From assembly GCA_016748015.1 (NCBI GenBank), contig JAAOMT010000480.1, positions 930,001 to 994,000 on the forward strand: a stretch of DNA of 64,000 nt. The letters run 5' to 3'. The translations under genes were made by a program, and so were the position numbers. Below, piece by piece: positions 1 through 12,249 of this stretch. Positions within the stretch are counted from its first letter, which is position 1. Each line of letters begins with the position of its first letter. The notes under the pieces were generated by a model. The model did not search any database. It saw nothing but the letters and a program-made list of their open reading frames with translations, and had not been told where the DNA came from. Source of the DNA: Geosiphon pyriformis uo1 (taxonomy: Eukaryota > Fungi > Glomeromycota).

Positions 1-972
1 CAGCTTATTAGCGAAAAAGTGCAAAAATTGTTGTTCAGGACAAATTTGCAAAAATTCTAAAGGTTTCCACGCTTAAAGATTTTAAATGGTTCTTTGCACG
101 AAAATATATCCCAAAGGCAATTCATATCAATAAATATCAATAAATATAAATTAAGGTTCAATTAAGGATGAAATTTCATAGATAAAACTAATCTTATGAT
201 CGAAAACATTTTGAAATAATTTAAAAAAGTAAAAGGGTACTCATGAAAATTTTGAATTATGGTTTTTTTTAACGATGATGTTATAGTGGAAGAAAATTTT
301 TACTTGAAAAAGGCTTAATTGTTCAATTTGATCTTTGTGTTTGCATATTCTTTTTTTAGCTTCAACTTTTAAATCACTTCTATTTTAAAAACAGATGTTA
401 GAATTTTTGCCAAATGCAGAAATGCAGAGTTGGTCTTTCTAATCCTTTATTTAGAAAATTAATTCTATTAAAATGTTTAACTAGAACCGATGACATTTTG
501 AGCACTCTATGAGAAATGGAAATATAGCCATATAAAGAATTATTAATTTTAATCCGGGAAAAACGAGTTTTATGCAACAATTTTTTTTGTAAAGAATGCT
601 TTGTGATTTTTATCATTTAAAGGGCTAAAAAAAGAATTGAATAATAATAAAAAAATATTATTGTTAAATGTCCTAGTAATCTTTAATTGGTTAATCAATT
701 AATTACTTCGTTTTTTTTTTTAATTTACAATAAAGTTATTATATAAGTTGTTTTCGAATAAGGGTTCTCAAAGAATTATTTTTTTATAATCAGTATTGTA
801 ATCATTTCACAAAGCTCATTAAGACTAGTTTGGGCTTTCTATTTCAAAAATTTTTCAAATGGAAATTTAATTATTAGTTATTAACTGCAATAGAAGATTT
901 AAATATAAATTTTCAATGGTTTAATTTTTTTCAACTAATTTTTTGGTTTAAAATTAAAAATATTTATTTTTC

Positions 973-1012
973 TTAGATTAGATTAGATTAGATTAGATTA
1001 GATTAGATTAGA
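973..1012. repeat. (TTAGA)n pentanucleotide microsatellite
   Basis: About 8 perfect TTAGA units. Confidence 0.9.
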
Positions 1013-1425
1013 CTATCAAAATAATATAAATGTAAAAAATTTAGAATTTTTCAAAAGTAAATTTAAAAATAAATTCAGTTTAACGAATTCCAGAAAATCT
1101 GTAAGAATCTGTCTTTCAATAAATAAATTGTGTATTTATCCTCAAAATTTATTTATCAGTCACTTACAGCTGCGAATAATAAGGACTAGAATCTAAAATT
1201 TAAAATTGTAAAGATTTTTCTTAAAGATTTTTGTTTTTATCAAACATAAAGTCAAAAAAAATTAGGCAAATAAATTAAATTATTTAAAACTGATTGTTTT
1301 TATTTAACAAAATATAACATTATTAATATCCGGAATCTTAACTAAATTTGAGCCCTTTAACCTTATTATGAACTATTGAAAAACATTCTATAAATAAAAA
1401 AGACTCAAAATATTAAATGTGAATT

Positions 1426-2286
1426 TTATGGATTTGTGACTACTTCATTTTCTTTATATTCTACAATTCTCTCTTCTTTTTCGTAACGATGAGTGGCATA
1501 TGCAGCAATAACCAATGCGAAATAAATCTAAGAAAGAAAGGATTTAAAAAATTTATTAAAGTCATTTTTAATTAAAAATTCGTACTTTGAAATAAAATAC
1601 TATGTTTACTCACCAATATTATGATCACTAAAACAAATGTGACAATCGATTTTCGCAATTCAGCATTGTAATCATCATTGCAATAATCCACTTTATGATT
1701 GACTTCACAGGATTCGATAAACTTTGATTTTGGTGTAATATTTAGGATTATATCCACGATTCCGAGAATGAAATTAATTGCAACGTTTATGTAAAAAAAT
1801 ATAACATATGGGCGGATGAGACGGTAGATATTCTATAAAAGAGATTTAAAGATTAAAAATTTGAACGTTAGATAAATAAAGGATTTAAATAATAATCTTT
1901 GTTACTGAGAGATATTTTATAAACATACCGCAAAAGAGACAACGAATAATCCATAAATAGCTCCAAGAGTGATTATAACATTAGAAATACCAAAAATCAG
2001 AGCGAAAGTTGGGACGTAATGAAAAACTAAAACTCAAAATAATTGTTATTAAAAAAGCATAAAAATAATAAAGACTTTAACAACAAATATAGAGTAAATT
2101 CTTACAATATTTTGATGATTCATTCCGATTAGTAAAAGCAATAATTCCTGTAATTGCATTATAAAGACTATTTACCATTGTTAATAAAGTAATAATCACC
2201 ACAGCTGGTTTCAGTCTGATGCAACAGCAACAGTGCGACATACGAGGTCTAAAAAAAGGTGAGGTGGTGCCCGATGGTCGTTCCAT
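1426..2286 (-). CDS. Uncharacterised 4-TM membrane protein, family A copy 1 (tetraspanin/LAPTM-like topology)
   Basis: Four exons (2286-2106, 2026-1929, 1832-1614, 1527-1426) with GT-AG introns splice in frame: MERPSG..CCCCIRLKPAVVII..|FFHYVPTFALIFG..GAIYGLFVVSFA|..KSKFIESC..YCNDDY..|IYFALVIAAYATHRYEK..NP*. Four hydrophobic segments; paralog at 58578-59751. Confidence 0.85.
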
Positions 2287-4096
2287 TTTTTAATTTTTCT
2301 TCGTAAAATTTTATCTTGGCTCTTAAAGAGTTTTTTCAGATTAAAATTCTGAAATCAGATTAACAGGATTTATATATTAAATGCACCATTCATTTTCTCC
2401 TTTAGGCAATATCGGCAGAAATTGATAAAAATAGTTTTACTTGAATCTATATGCATAGAGTATTCTAAGCACCTGATAATTTTCTCTATGGTAATCCTGA
2501 TTTTATAGAAATTTTCACAATGAAGTTTTTCCCTTATAAACTATGTAACTATTTTGGTTAAATGAAAAATTTTAAACTTTAAAAATGAATTTTAACTCTG
2601 AACAAATTAATATATTTCATTTACATCTCATCTCAAAAAACATAATCTAGATACATAAATCTCTTTAAATAATTCGGATTTAAATAATTGCCAAGACATC
2701 TAACAATAAACTGAGAATTCTTTTAAAATAGTAATTCTAAAAATAAAAATTCAATATTTTGAATTGTTTAAAGGCAAGAAAAAAAATAATTCCAAAAAGA
2801 ACAAATAAACGCTTCTTTAATGCATGGTGATTTTGATAATTACAATGGGTGATATTCAGATTTAACAGTCGATATTGCCATTGTCGTCATTGTCGCTATT
2901 ACATGTACTATTGCTTTATATTATAGAATTTGCAAAAAATGCCTTGGATAAAAGAAATAATTAAAACGTTTATCTTAATAGTAATGAACTCAATAAAATA
3001 CAAAATAAAAAATCTAAATGTATAATCTCACAAAAAAACATGCAAGCAATTTTAAATTATTAGAATTGAACAAAAAAAAATTTAAAAAATGATAAATTAA
3101 TTTTTTCTTAGTTTTAAAAAACATTTTAATAATCAAGTATAGTAAAAACTAGCTAGCTTATAAATAATTACTTTAAGGTTTTTAAAATAGTCTTAGTCAT
3201 ATGTATTGAGCTTTTCACACAAGAATTGGGATTAATTGGTCGGTTCAAAGTCTAACTCCTAATTCAAATAATTCAAATACCATGTTAAATTCAAACAATA
3301 ATAGCAATTCAAAGAAACAAAATTATATTTAAAATGTTTGTTTATAAAAAATTTAAAAGTATTTTATTAGTAATAGTTTTATTATAAACAGAGACAGTAT
3401 AATATTTAAGAATAAAAAAATATTTTTTAAAATTCTACATTTAAATGTTAAATTTAAAAAAAACTTGATTGTATTTATTAATTTGCATTTTGAACAATAA
3501 TAAACAGATTTAATTCTTTTCATATATCTTAAATTTTGAGAATTGATCCAATATTTCTGTAATTTCGTTAATTAATGCAAAATCTTAATGTGTTTTTTAG
3601 TAAATTATTATAATGAGAAAAATTTTAATTCTCTTTTTTTGGTGATTACTTCTTTGAATGACACAGATTGGTCAATACTATTTTTCTTTGACCAAGAATT
3701 TATTTAATGATTTCCTTTTTTTAATTTTCCCAAAAGAAAATGTCGTGGATTGAAAATCCTAAAATTAATAGTTTATATTGCTTGAAAATCATTGATTCAT
3801 CATTGATGGATATCTTTTTTTTAATACTGATGATTGGGATATTTTTAATAAAGAATGTTTCACCAAAAGCTCTTAATTTTAATTATAATTTAATTAGCAC
3901 GGTTTTTAATTCACTTATTTTTGGTGAAAGAATAATCTTCAACAGAATTTCCAATTTATGGGATTTTAAACGTGATTTAGTGATACCCGAGAAATTTTGT
4001 TATTTTTTAAATGAAGATTCGATATATTAAAAATGATATTTTAGAAAATTCAAATAAAAAGAAGCAATTATTATCTTTCATATTTTCCTGAGAAAC

Positions 4097-4986
4097 ATGA
4101 ATAATTTCTTTTCTTCAAATGTTAAAGAAACCGAGCGTCTTGCAACTTATGCAAAAGTTCAAACAGAGTGCAATTCCTCAAGAACAAACTCAATTACGGA
4201 TCTTGCTATTGAAATTGAAGACTATGAGGTTGCTGAAATGATGAAAATCCAAGAAATTGACTTAGGCAGGGTATCAGATCAAAGTTTAAGGCACCAAGAA
4301 CAGGCTCATTGTAGTCTCTTTTGTGACGTCTTATTTCTGCGCAGTATGAAGATAGTTTTGTTTATATTGAATGGATGGATCTTATTAGAGTCTTTTATAT
4401 TTGCTTGTGCTATGGTGAGTAAAATTTTCAAAGTAAAAATATTTTTAATTTACAGTTCTCAAAGTATTTAGTTTAGGCGATAGAATTCATTAAATGTACT
4501 TCATTAAACAAATAGCCAGATCTTGGAGGCAAAAAACTAGTGCTTGTATTTGGAGGATTAATTGCCGAATTAATAATACGTGGGTTCTTAATCTGGACAG
4601 TTTTTGCGAATTCATTATTTTGGCCAACTAGCAAATTATTGTCTTTTGTTACTTTTTTATTTGTGTTGGTTGGTAAGTGAATTATAGCTTTGGTCAGACT
4701 TTCTTGATTTCATTGTTTTCACCTTTGACCAATTTAATTTTTTTTTTCTCGAAAAGGTGGAGAAGTTGCTGTTTATTTTTTAGAGCCATATCATCAACGT
4801 GAGAGGGTAACTTTGTTTATTTTTACAATTCCTTATACTTTAATATTTTTATTTATCAGCATATTCGTCACCATAAGTGCTGATGTCTGTTCGAAACTTG
4901 AAGATAAGAAGCTTTTTGATTTATGCGTGTTTTTGATGTTTTTGATAAGTATGGTGCATGTGGTAAAGGTTTATACTCGTACATAA
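4097..4986 (+). CDS. Uncharacterised ~5-TM membrane protein, family B copy 1
   Basis: Exons 4097-4414, 4516-4672, 4757-4986 (phase-0 then phase-1 introns): ..ILNGWILLESFIFACAM|PDLGG..AELIIRGFL..FVLVG|GEVAVYF..DVCSK..DLCVFLMFLISMVHVVKVYTRT*. Confidence 0.8.
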
Positions 4987-6132
4987 TGATTGGTGACTTA
5001 GAACCTGAGAATTAATCACATTCTAATTTTAACTTTTGAGTGTACTGCTGAATGAGAAATGGGTTTATTAATTGTCTTTTATTAAAAGATTAGAACCGAG
5101 ATTTTTTATAAAAACATAACAAAATAATTTATTTTTAAGAGTTTATTGAGCGTTAAAAAGATAAAGAATAAAGAACTTGATCACTTGATAATGTAATAAA
5201 TTATAAATTATATTTATTATAATAATTTAGCAAAAAAAATTAAAAAAGTTATTAAAAAGCTTTCTTTTATAAAAAAAAAGATTATATTTTTTAGAAATGA
5301 AAAAAATTGTATATTAAGAATTTCATTTAAAAATATTTAAAAATTAAATTTTTTTAGAGTGTTGAACTTGAGCACATGTATAAGTAAAACAATCGTTTGA
5401 ATTTAACAATTAGGTATCAAATTAAAAACTTTAAAATCTATGTAAAAAGTCCTGATAATGATATCATTTTACAATCTGAAACATTTAGGCATCATCCCCA
5501 AAAATGGTCAATCACAATTACCAATGCAGTGCACAAAGAAAATTGATAGACTGAACCAGCAATTAAAGCTATTACCATACTTATTATGGTTTTACTCCTT
5601 CGTTTTCGTAGGACGACGAAATATGTATACTAACACAAGTTTGTAACTTTTCCAATTGTGATACCTAAAAACTCTATGGCGTATTAAGATGGGATTAGAT
5701 ACAATCTTTTCAGCCCGGCCATTATTACTATTCACTTGTTTTCCTCAATAAATTAAGAGATTAAAACAATTTCGTGTTTGAAATTTAAAAAATTTTACTT
5801 TTTTGAGAGATATGAATTTTCTTAAATGAAACATAAAAGAATTGGAACTAGTATGTTTAAAGAGAATTATAGTATATTTTACCATTGGAGTTTGAAATGG
5901 AAAAAATAGCCAGATTGGTTAAATTAAAATGGAAATCTTTCAAATAACATTAATCGATTACTTTGCTCTTTGTCACACAGCTAAACGCAAACTATATATT
6001 CTCAGTGATACAAAAAACGAAACATGAAACATGAAATTCGAAACAAATTGCAGGCATAAAAAAAGAAAAATTAATCGTTTTCTTCGAGTTCTTCAAGGTT
6101 TTTGCCTGTTAAGAAAGTTTTGAATATTTGCG

Positions 6133-7163
6133 ATGGAAGATATTTCGTTGTCATATAATAGGGCTCTAAGACTGATGATACCAACTGCTGTAATTAGTGA
6201 GGAGTCTACAACTTCAATTGATTCCCCTTCGTGGCCAGAACCAATTCATAACAGACCAGAATCAAGTGCTTCGATAGCACTTGATATTGCACATCAGAAT
6301 CTTCGATACTCTGACTCGATAATTTCAGCGGTAGCAGGATTTAAAAAAATGGGAGCTCGAAATTTTTCAAATAAATATCTAGTTTTACCAACGGCGTCAC
6401 AACGAAGTTCAATTACCAATATTGCATGGGAAATCCCAAATTATGAAAATCTAATAAATCCACCAGTCAATATACAAGATGTAAATTCATTACGAAGGGG
6501 ATTAGTAGTTAACAAAAAAATTTCCACATTTTGGCGGTTGATTTGGCTTCTAATAAATATTTTTCTGGTAATTGGTGAAATCTTTTTGATTAAATGTTCG
6601 TCTTCGGTAAGTGAGGCTCAAAAAAAAAAAAAAATTGAAGTTAATGGGACGAGGATAAAATGTTGTTTCTAAAAAAAATTTTAACGTTACATGTTACTTT
6701 TAACTCAAAAAAATTTTCTTTTTTTAGCCGGAATTGCGTGGAATATGGATAGCACTGCTCACACTAGACTTATTATATAAAATTGTATTTGTCATGAATG
6801 TATTGCCATTGCTTGTTGAACTCAAGGAAAAATTTCTTATTGCTGGATTAATAATGATAGGTAAGAATCGATAAGATGTTAAAAAAATGAAATAAAGTAT
6901 TATTAATAATTTCCTTATTTTCGATAATGATAGGAAAAGAGGAGGCGTCAAGCTTTCTGATTGATGTTAATTTCCATGACCTCCCACGAATTTTATGTTT
7001 GATATTTATTGGCTCATACATAGTTTTGGTAGCAACTCTTACAACAATTCTAACCAAGAACCCAATTTACGATGCAACTCATTCGCACGATTGTCTTACT
7101 ATGTCAATAACCGTCCTGAGCCTCATTGTTTGCTCGGTTGTTAAAATGTGTATTGGAATTTAA
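6133..7163 (+). CDS. Uncharacterised ~5-TM membrane protein, family B copy 2
   Basis: Exons 6133-6606, 6728-6860, 6934-7163. Long Ser-rich N-terminus, then WLLINIFL..|PELRG..TLDLLYKI..LIMIG|KEEASSF..HDCLTM..SVVKMCIGI*. Confidence 0.85.
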
Positions 7164-8994
7164 AAATTTAAATTTCTATTAAATTTTATTTATGGTATAA
7201 AAATCTATTTTATTTAATAAATTATATATATTTTTCTAATCAGTTTTATATTTAACAAAATTTATTATTATTTTTCAGGAAAATTCCAAGATAAAAATAT
7301 GCCTTAAATCGCTACGATCATGAATAGGAAGCGGCAAATATTAAACAAACTAAGGTGAAATTCCAAGAAATAGTTTTTTTTTTTAAAAGATAAACTACCT
7401 TTCGTTGAAAGTTTAAAAAAATACATGTATTATTATAATTTTTTTAAAATAGAAAAAATATGTACAGTTAAAATATTTAGAATTAGAAATATATATTCAT
7501 TTTTTTTTGTATAAAATAGACATATCAAAAACTAAAACTTTAATAATAATAATAATAATAATTATTCTATTTCTTTTAAATAAATAATTATTTTTTTATT
7601 GAAAACCATTAAAATTCGATTATATATATTGATTTTAAATAAAATTCAAAAATCTCTTTATTTAAATGTTATTGAAAAAAAAAAAAAAAAAAAGTTTCAA
7701 ATTCTTTTTTAATTAATTTTCATTATAAATTTATAAGCAAATTGCATAAGCAACTAAACATAAAATTTTTTAATTTTAAAAATATTAAATGAATGTACAA
7801 TAAATGAAATTATTTATCAAGTATAGAATCATTCCGTGTCTTTTAAAAAATATTTTTTCAATATCTTGAAAATTTTTTATATAAATTGAAAGCAAAATTT
7901 CATTTTCAAATTTTCTAATACACACATCAAATGTTATTGACAAAATAATTTCTAAATGGTTAGAGCTGTTAAAAAATTAGCCGGGGATCTTTTAATTATA
8001 TAAGATGATTTTTTTCTCTAAATTTAACTATTGACTGAAATATATAAAATATTTAAAACCTCTTTGTAATTTTTTTTTAAATCGAAATAAGACATTTTGG
8101 ATCGGCCAAAAACCAAAACCTAATAGTTTTGAATATAATTTTATTCCATACTGTTTGTGAAATATTTTAAGCAATTTAAAAATTTTTGTCCTTGAATTTT
8201 TTTGATCATTATATAAAAATATCAATTTTCAGTAAATTTAATGTTAGATATTATTTTATCTCTATTGTGAATTTTTGATTTTAAAAAGACTAAAATCGAT
8301 CAATTTCTCATCCAAATTTAAAATGTTGTTTTACCTTCACTTTTCGGATACTATTGTTTACAAAAGAATACATTTCAAAACAAAGTTTTGGAATTTGTTG
8401 ATCACGTACGACAAATGTAAGATTATATTTAAATCTTGAGTTAATCTGGTCAAGAATATTTAAAAGTTTCATAGAGTATTTAAATTTTGTTTTTGATTGA
8501 AAATTTTTAGGGAACACAAAAATTTAACTTGTCATTTAAACTTCATATAATTCATTGTCAATGTGTCCTATACCATTCTGTATTATTTCCACTTTGAAAG
8601 TTAGAATTTTTGAATGGGGTCATTGTGATGCATGCAATACCTAAATCTTCACTCGTCAGCCCAATTTTTTTTTTAGAAAATACGATAATTTTTTTGACCA
8701 CAATGAAGTTTTTGTACAATGATTTACTGAGTGTTGCTAAATTTTAAAGTGTTATCTCTTTGAGGTCTATAAATAATTCATCAAGCAACTGGTAGCTGAT
8801 CAAATGATTGACATTAAATATGACTCTAAAATATAGAGTGATCTAAAAAAAGGGTAGTGTTACTTGAAAATTTCCTTTATGAAATTAATGATCATATAAG
8901 AATCAAGTAACATTGAGATATTTTTTTTTTTTTTTTCAGCTTCCCAAATTTTTCACTTTCCCCATTAAATACGATTTAAATCATTTCTTAAAAT

Positions 8995-9929
8995 ATGTCT
9001 TCTTCAGATGAAAGGCTTAGTACCTCCTCAATGGATGAGATCGCTCTCATTTTCGATAGGTTTGAAGAAAACGATAAAAAGTATTTTTATAATAATAATC
9101 AAGAGGAAAACAACAATAATACATTAAAAAGAAGAGATTTTAGAAGTAGAGCTTTAAAATTTACATGGTCAATTATTTGGTCTCTAGTGAATTTAATAAC
9201 GCTAGTGAGCTTCACTTTCTTGGTTATTCTTACTTACAAACGAGTAGGTATTTAAAAGTTTTCTTTTTAAGAAAAAAAAAAAAAAATTTCAAATGGAAAA
9301 TATTTTCCCAATTTCCGATTAAAGTGTCATATTCTAATTTTCTTATTGAATGAAACTCTTTTAAAATTACTTTCTCAATCAAAAACATAGAAATTCTTAG
9401 AAATTCTGAGTACTTCAATACTTTCACTGGAAGTTTTTGTTCGTATCTTTACCATAATTGTGATTGTAAAACAAGAAAATGTTCGTTTTATGCCAAAAAG
9501 AATTGGAATTTTAATTGGAGTTTTTTTTGGTAAGATAATTTTTTCATTTTCATACAAAAAGAAATTTAATATTAAAAAATTTTGAATTAATAAGAATTTC
9601 TTTTATTTTGAATCATATTATATTTTAAAAATTTTTTTGTACATTTAGGAAAAGAAGATTTTGCACAACTATTTCGTAAACCAAATCAATATCATTTATT
9701 GAGAAAATTAAAAATGATCCTTTTACTTATAATTCTTGTTAATGCTACATCATTAATACTATTGATTGTATTGTTACAGAGTTCTGAAGAATGTAAGAAA
9801 ACTTTGTTTAACAATTGTCTTGTGAATGGGATTAGTGTCTTTGGTTTAGTTTGCATTTGGTTCGATATCATGAAAGATTTTTTCTTTGGATTTTTTTATT
9901 TAAATTCGGAAACGTCAGAAATTAGTTAA
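8995..9929 (+). CDS. Uncharacterised ~5-TM membrane protein, family B copy 3
   Basis: Exons 8995-9243, 9391-9529, 9649-9929: ..WSLVNLITL..YKR|KFLEIL..SLEVFVRIF..GVFFG|KEDFAQ..EECKK..NNCLVNG..DIMKDF..*. Confidence 0.85.
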
Positions 9930-10755
9930 AGTATTTTTAGTATATATAACATTTATAGGTAATATCGACAGCTGACTAATGCTTTCTCACAAAAAAAAAA
10001 TTTTTTTATACCGATTTTCTTCGTGAAACTTAACTTTACATTTTTCTTCATAGTCAATCTTAATTGAATCGATATAAAGCTTTTTCATTAATTTTTAATC
10101 ATTTCATACAAAGTTTAAACATTATTGAATATTTTTACATTTTGTGATCATTTTCACTAAATTGTTTTCCGATATATAGATAAATATAAATAGGATTTAT
10201 ATTTTAAAACACCTCATCATCAAGAAAAATTTTGATTCAAAGATACAGAATGAAATTGTTACATGAACACAAAAATGGTTACAATAAATCGGATATTGAC
10301 TATTCATAGATGATCCATGCTTTTTGAAGTTTTCACTTTATACATGTATTCCCTTGAAAAATCGAAAGAGATATTAATATAAAATTTATTATATCTATAG
10401 AAAATGAAAAAATTTGAATTTAAGCTTTTAATTAAAAATTTATCCGGATTAATTTTAATTTTTTCTTTTCTTCTCTTTAAAATTGATATAGAAAATAAGA
10501 TGTAAACATTCTCTTCACGTGATAATATTTTAAAAATATGAATACATATGAAAGGAAATATTGAAATATGTTTTATTTACTGCAAATAAAACATATCAAA
10601 TAGACCGAAATATTGTTTATCCCCGAAGTCAAAAGATATGGGAAATTACTGTTTAGAAAATCTTGGCATTTTTTTTATTTATAATTTTCCTTCCTCAATA
10701 AGAGTTAAGGAATACTTTTTAACTTCTTTAAATTTATTATATTTTTTAAAAAATT

Positions 10756-12249
10756 ATGAAGAAAATATTTATTTCTTCTTTCTTAATTATTATATCTTTA
10801 GCGAATTGGAAAATATGTTCCTTGATTATTCTTAAATTCTTACCATATGTTGAAAAATTTAGGAATGACTCTAATAATTTTAGTAAATCACCAACTTTTC
10901 ATTTTCCTATTGAAAGAATTAAAAATTTTAATTCAACTTCATTCGTAAACAAAAAAAGAACCCTTTATAAACCAGGATCTAAATGGCCTCATCCCCCAAG
11001 AAAGAAATTACTTGCTGGTTCAGATTTAGTCTTTTTTTTAAAAGAAATGGCTCATTTGGCAAATCAGGCCTATTGCTCTCCTGGAAATGATATTGGAAAA
11101 ATAGTTGAAGGTGGACATGTGATAGGTAGTTAACTCCAAAATATGAATTAATTTAGATTATTAGTTTCGAAAAGTTAATCGATTGATTGATCTGTAGCGC
11201 AACAAGGAATTTATATTTCAAAGAGGGAAGACTCTGATAGTTTGGTTTTTTATTTCAAGGGCAAGGTAAATAAAATTATTACTTTTTTCTCAAATAAAAG
11301 TTCAATTTGATAATTTCTAATGAATATCTCGAAAAGGAATTAACAAAAGGAGAATGGAAAGCTCGAAAAACAAATCTTGTTCCTTTCAAAACACCTGACT
11401 CACAAACGAACCCAAATATTTTGGTTGACGAGGAATGGCAATTAGATACATTAAAAATGTGGCCTCAGATTTTCCATTCCATCCTAGGTGATCCTCCAGA
11501 TATTTTCCAAAATGTTTATTTCGTTGGTCATGCTATTGGTGGAGGTAAATTTTCTGAAAGGATATCTTTGTAGTTCCAAAATTTTTTTTTTTTTAAACCT
11601 CTGAATTAAATTCAGAAGTCTGAACTTCAAATTTAGCCTATGCAACTCTAGCCGCACAATATTTACGTCTTTACGAAGCTCTTGAGAAACCTCATGAATT
11701 AAGTCTGGTTGATATTCAAATATTTACATTTGGCGCTCCACGAATCGGCAATAAAGATTTCGCAAGGTTACTCAATGAATATAGCGAAAAAGATTATCGT
11801 GTAACTTTTGGAAATGATCATGTCCCACATTTCCCGACAGAAGGTATAAGAAAAAAGAAATTAGTTCATTCGGAGACGGAGATCTGGATAAAACCACCTG
11901 ATAATTGTGATTGCAATGATGCAACAACCAGTTTAGCCACATTAGATAGACAACAGATAAACGCTTACCAGCAAGCAATCGAATATTATCTATGCCCAGG
12001 GGCTAGTAACCCCGAGTATTCGTTTGCTAGGACAAATCGGTTGCTTTATCCACCAAGTCATATAAATGCTGGTGAAAATCAGGTAGTTATAATTATTTAA
12101 GAAATGAGTGGTAATATTAAATTTTATATTAACTTTTTTCCTATGATCAGGAATGCAATGCAGGCCAAAGTTTTGAAAATACTTCGGATGATATATTTCA
12201 ACGTGGTCCTTATTTTGGCGTTATAATGGGTGAATGCTCAGGGAGATAA
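10756..12249 (+). CDS. Secreted lipase class 3 (alpha/beta hydrolase)-like protein, predicted catalytically inactive
   Basis: Five exons (10756-11125, 11198-11265, 11337-11544, 11637-12082, 12151-12249). Hydrophobic N-terminus, AYC, FYFKG, VGHAIGGAYA, TFGAPRIGN, RVTFGNDHVPHFP, H-x-E-x-EIWI, ECNAGQ, GPYFG: Lipase_3 motifs. Confidence 0.9.

Noticed and set aside
973-1012. (TTAGA)n as telomeric repeat
   Set aside because: Short, internal and not TTAGGG; an ordinary microsatellite
398-8517. Short Phe/Lys/Ile-rich ORFs (398-616, 3740-4030, 5458-5646, 8028-8225, 8308-8517) and similar ones elsewhere
   Set aside because: Composition expected by chance in AT-rich intergenic DNA; no splice support or motifs
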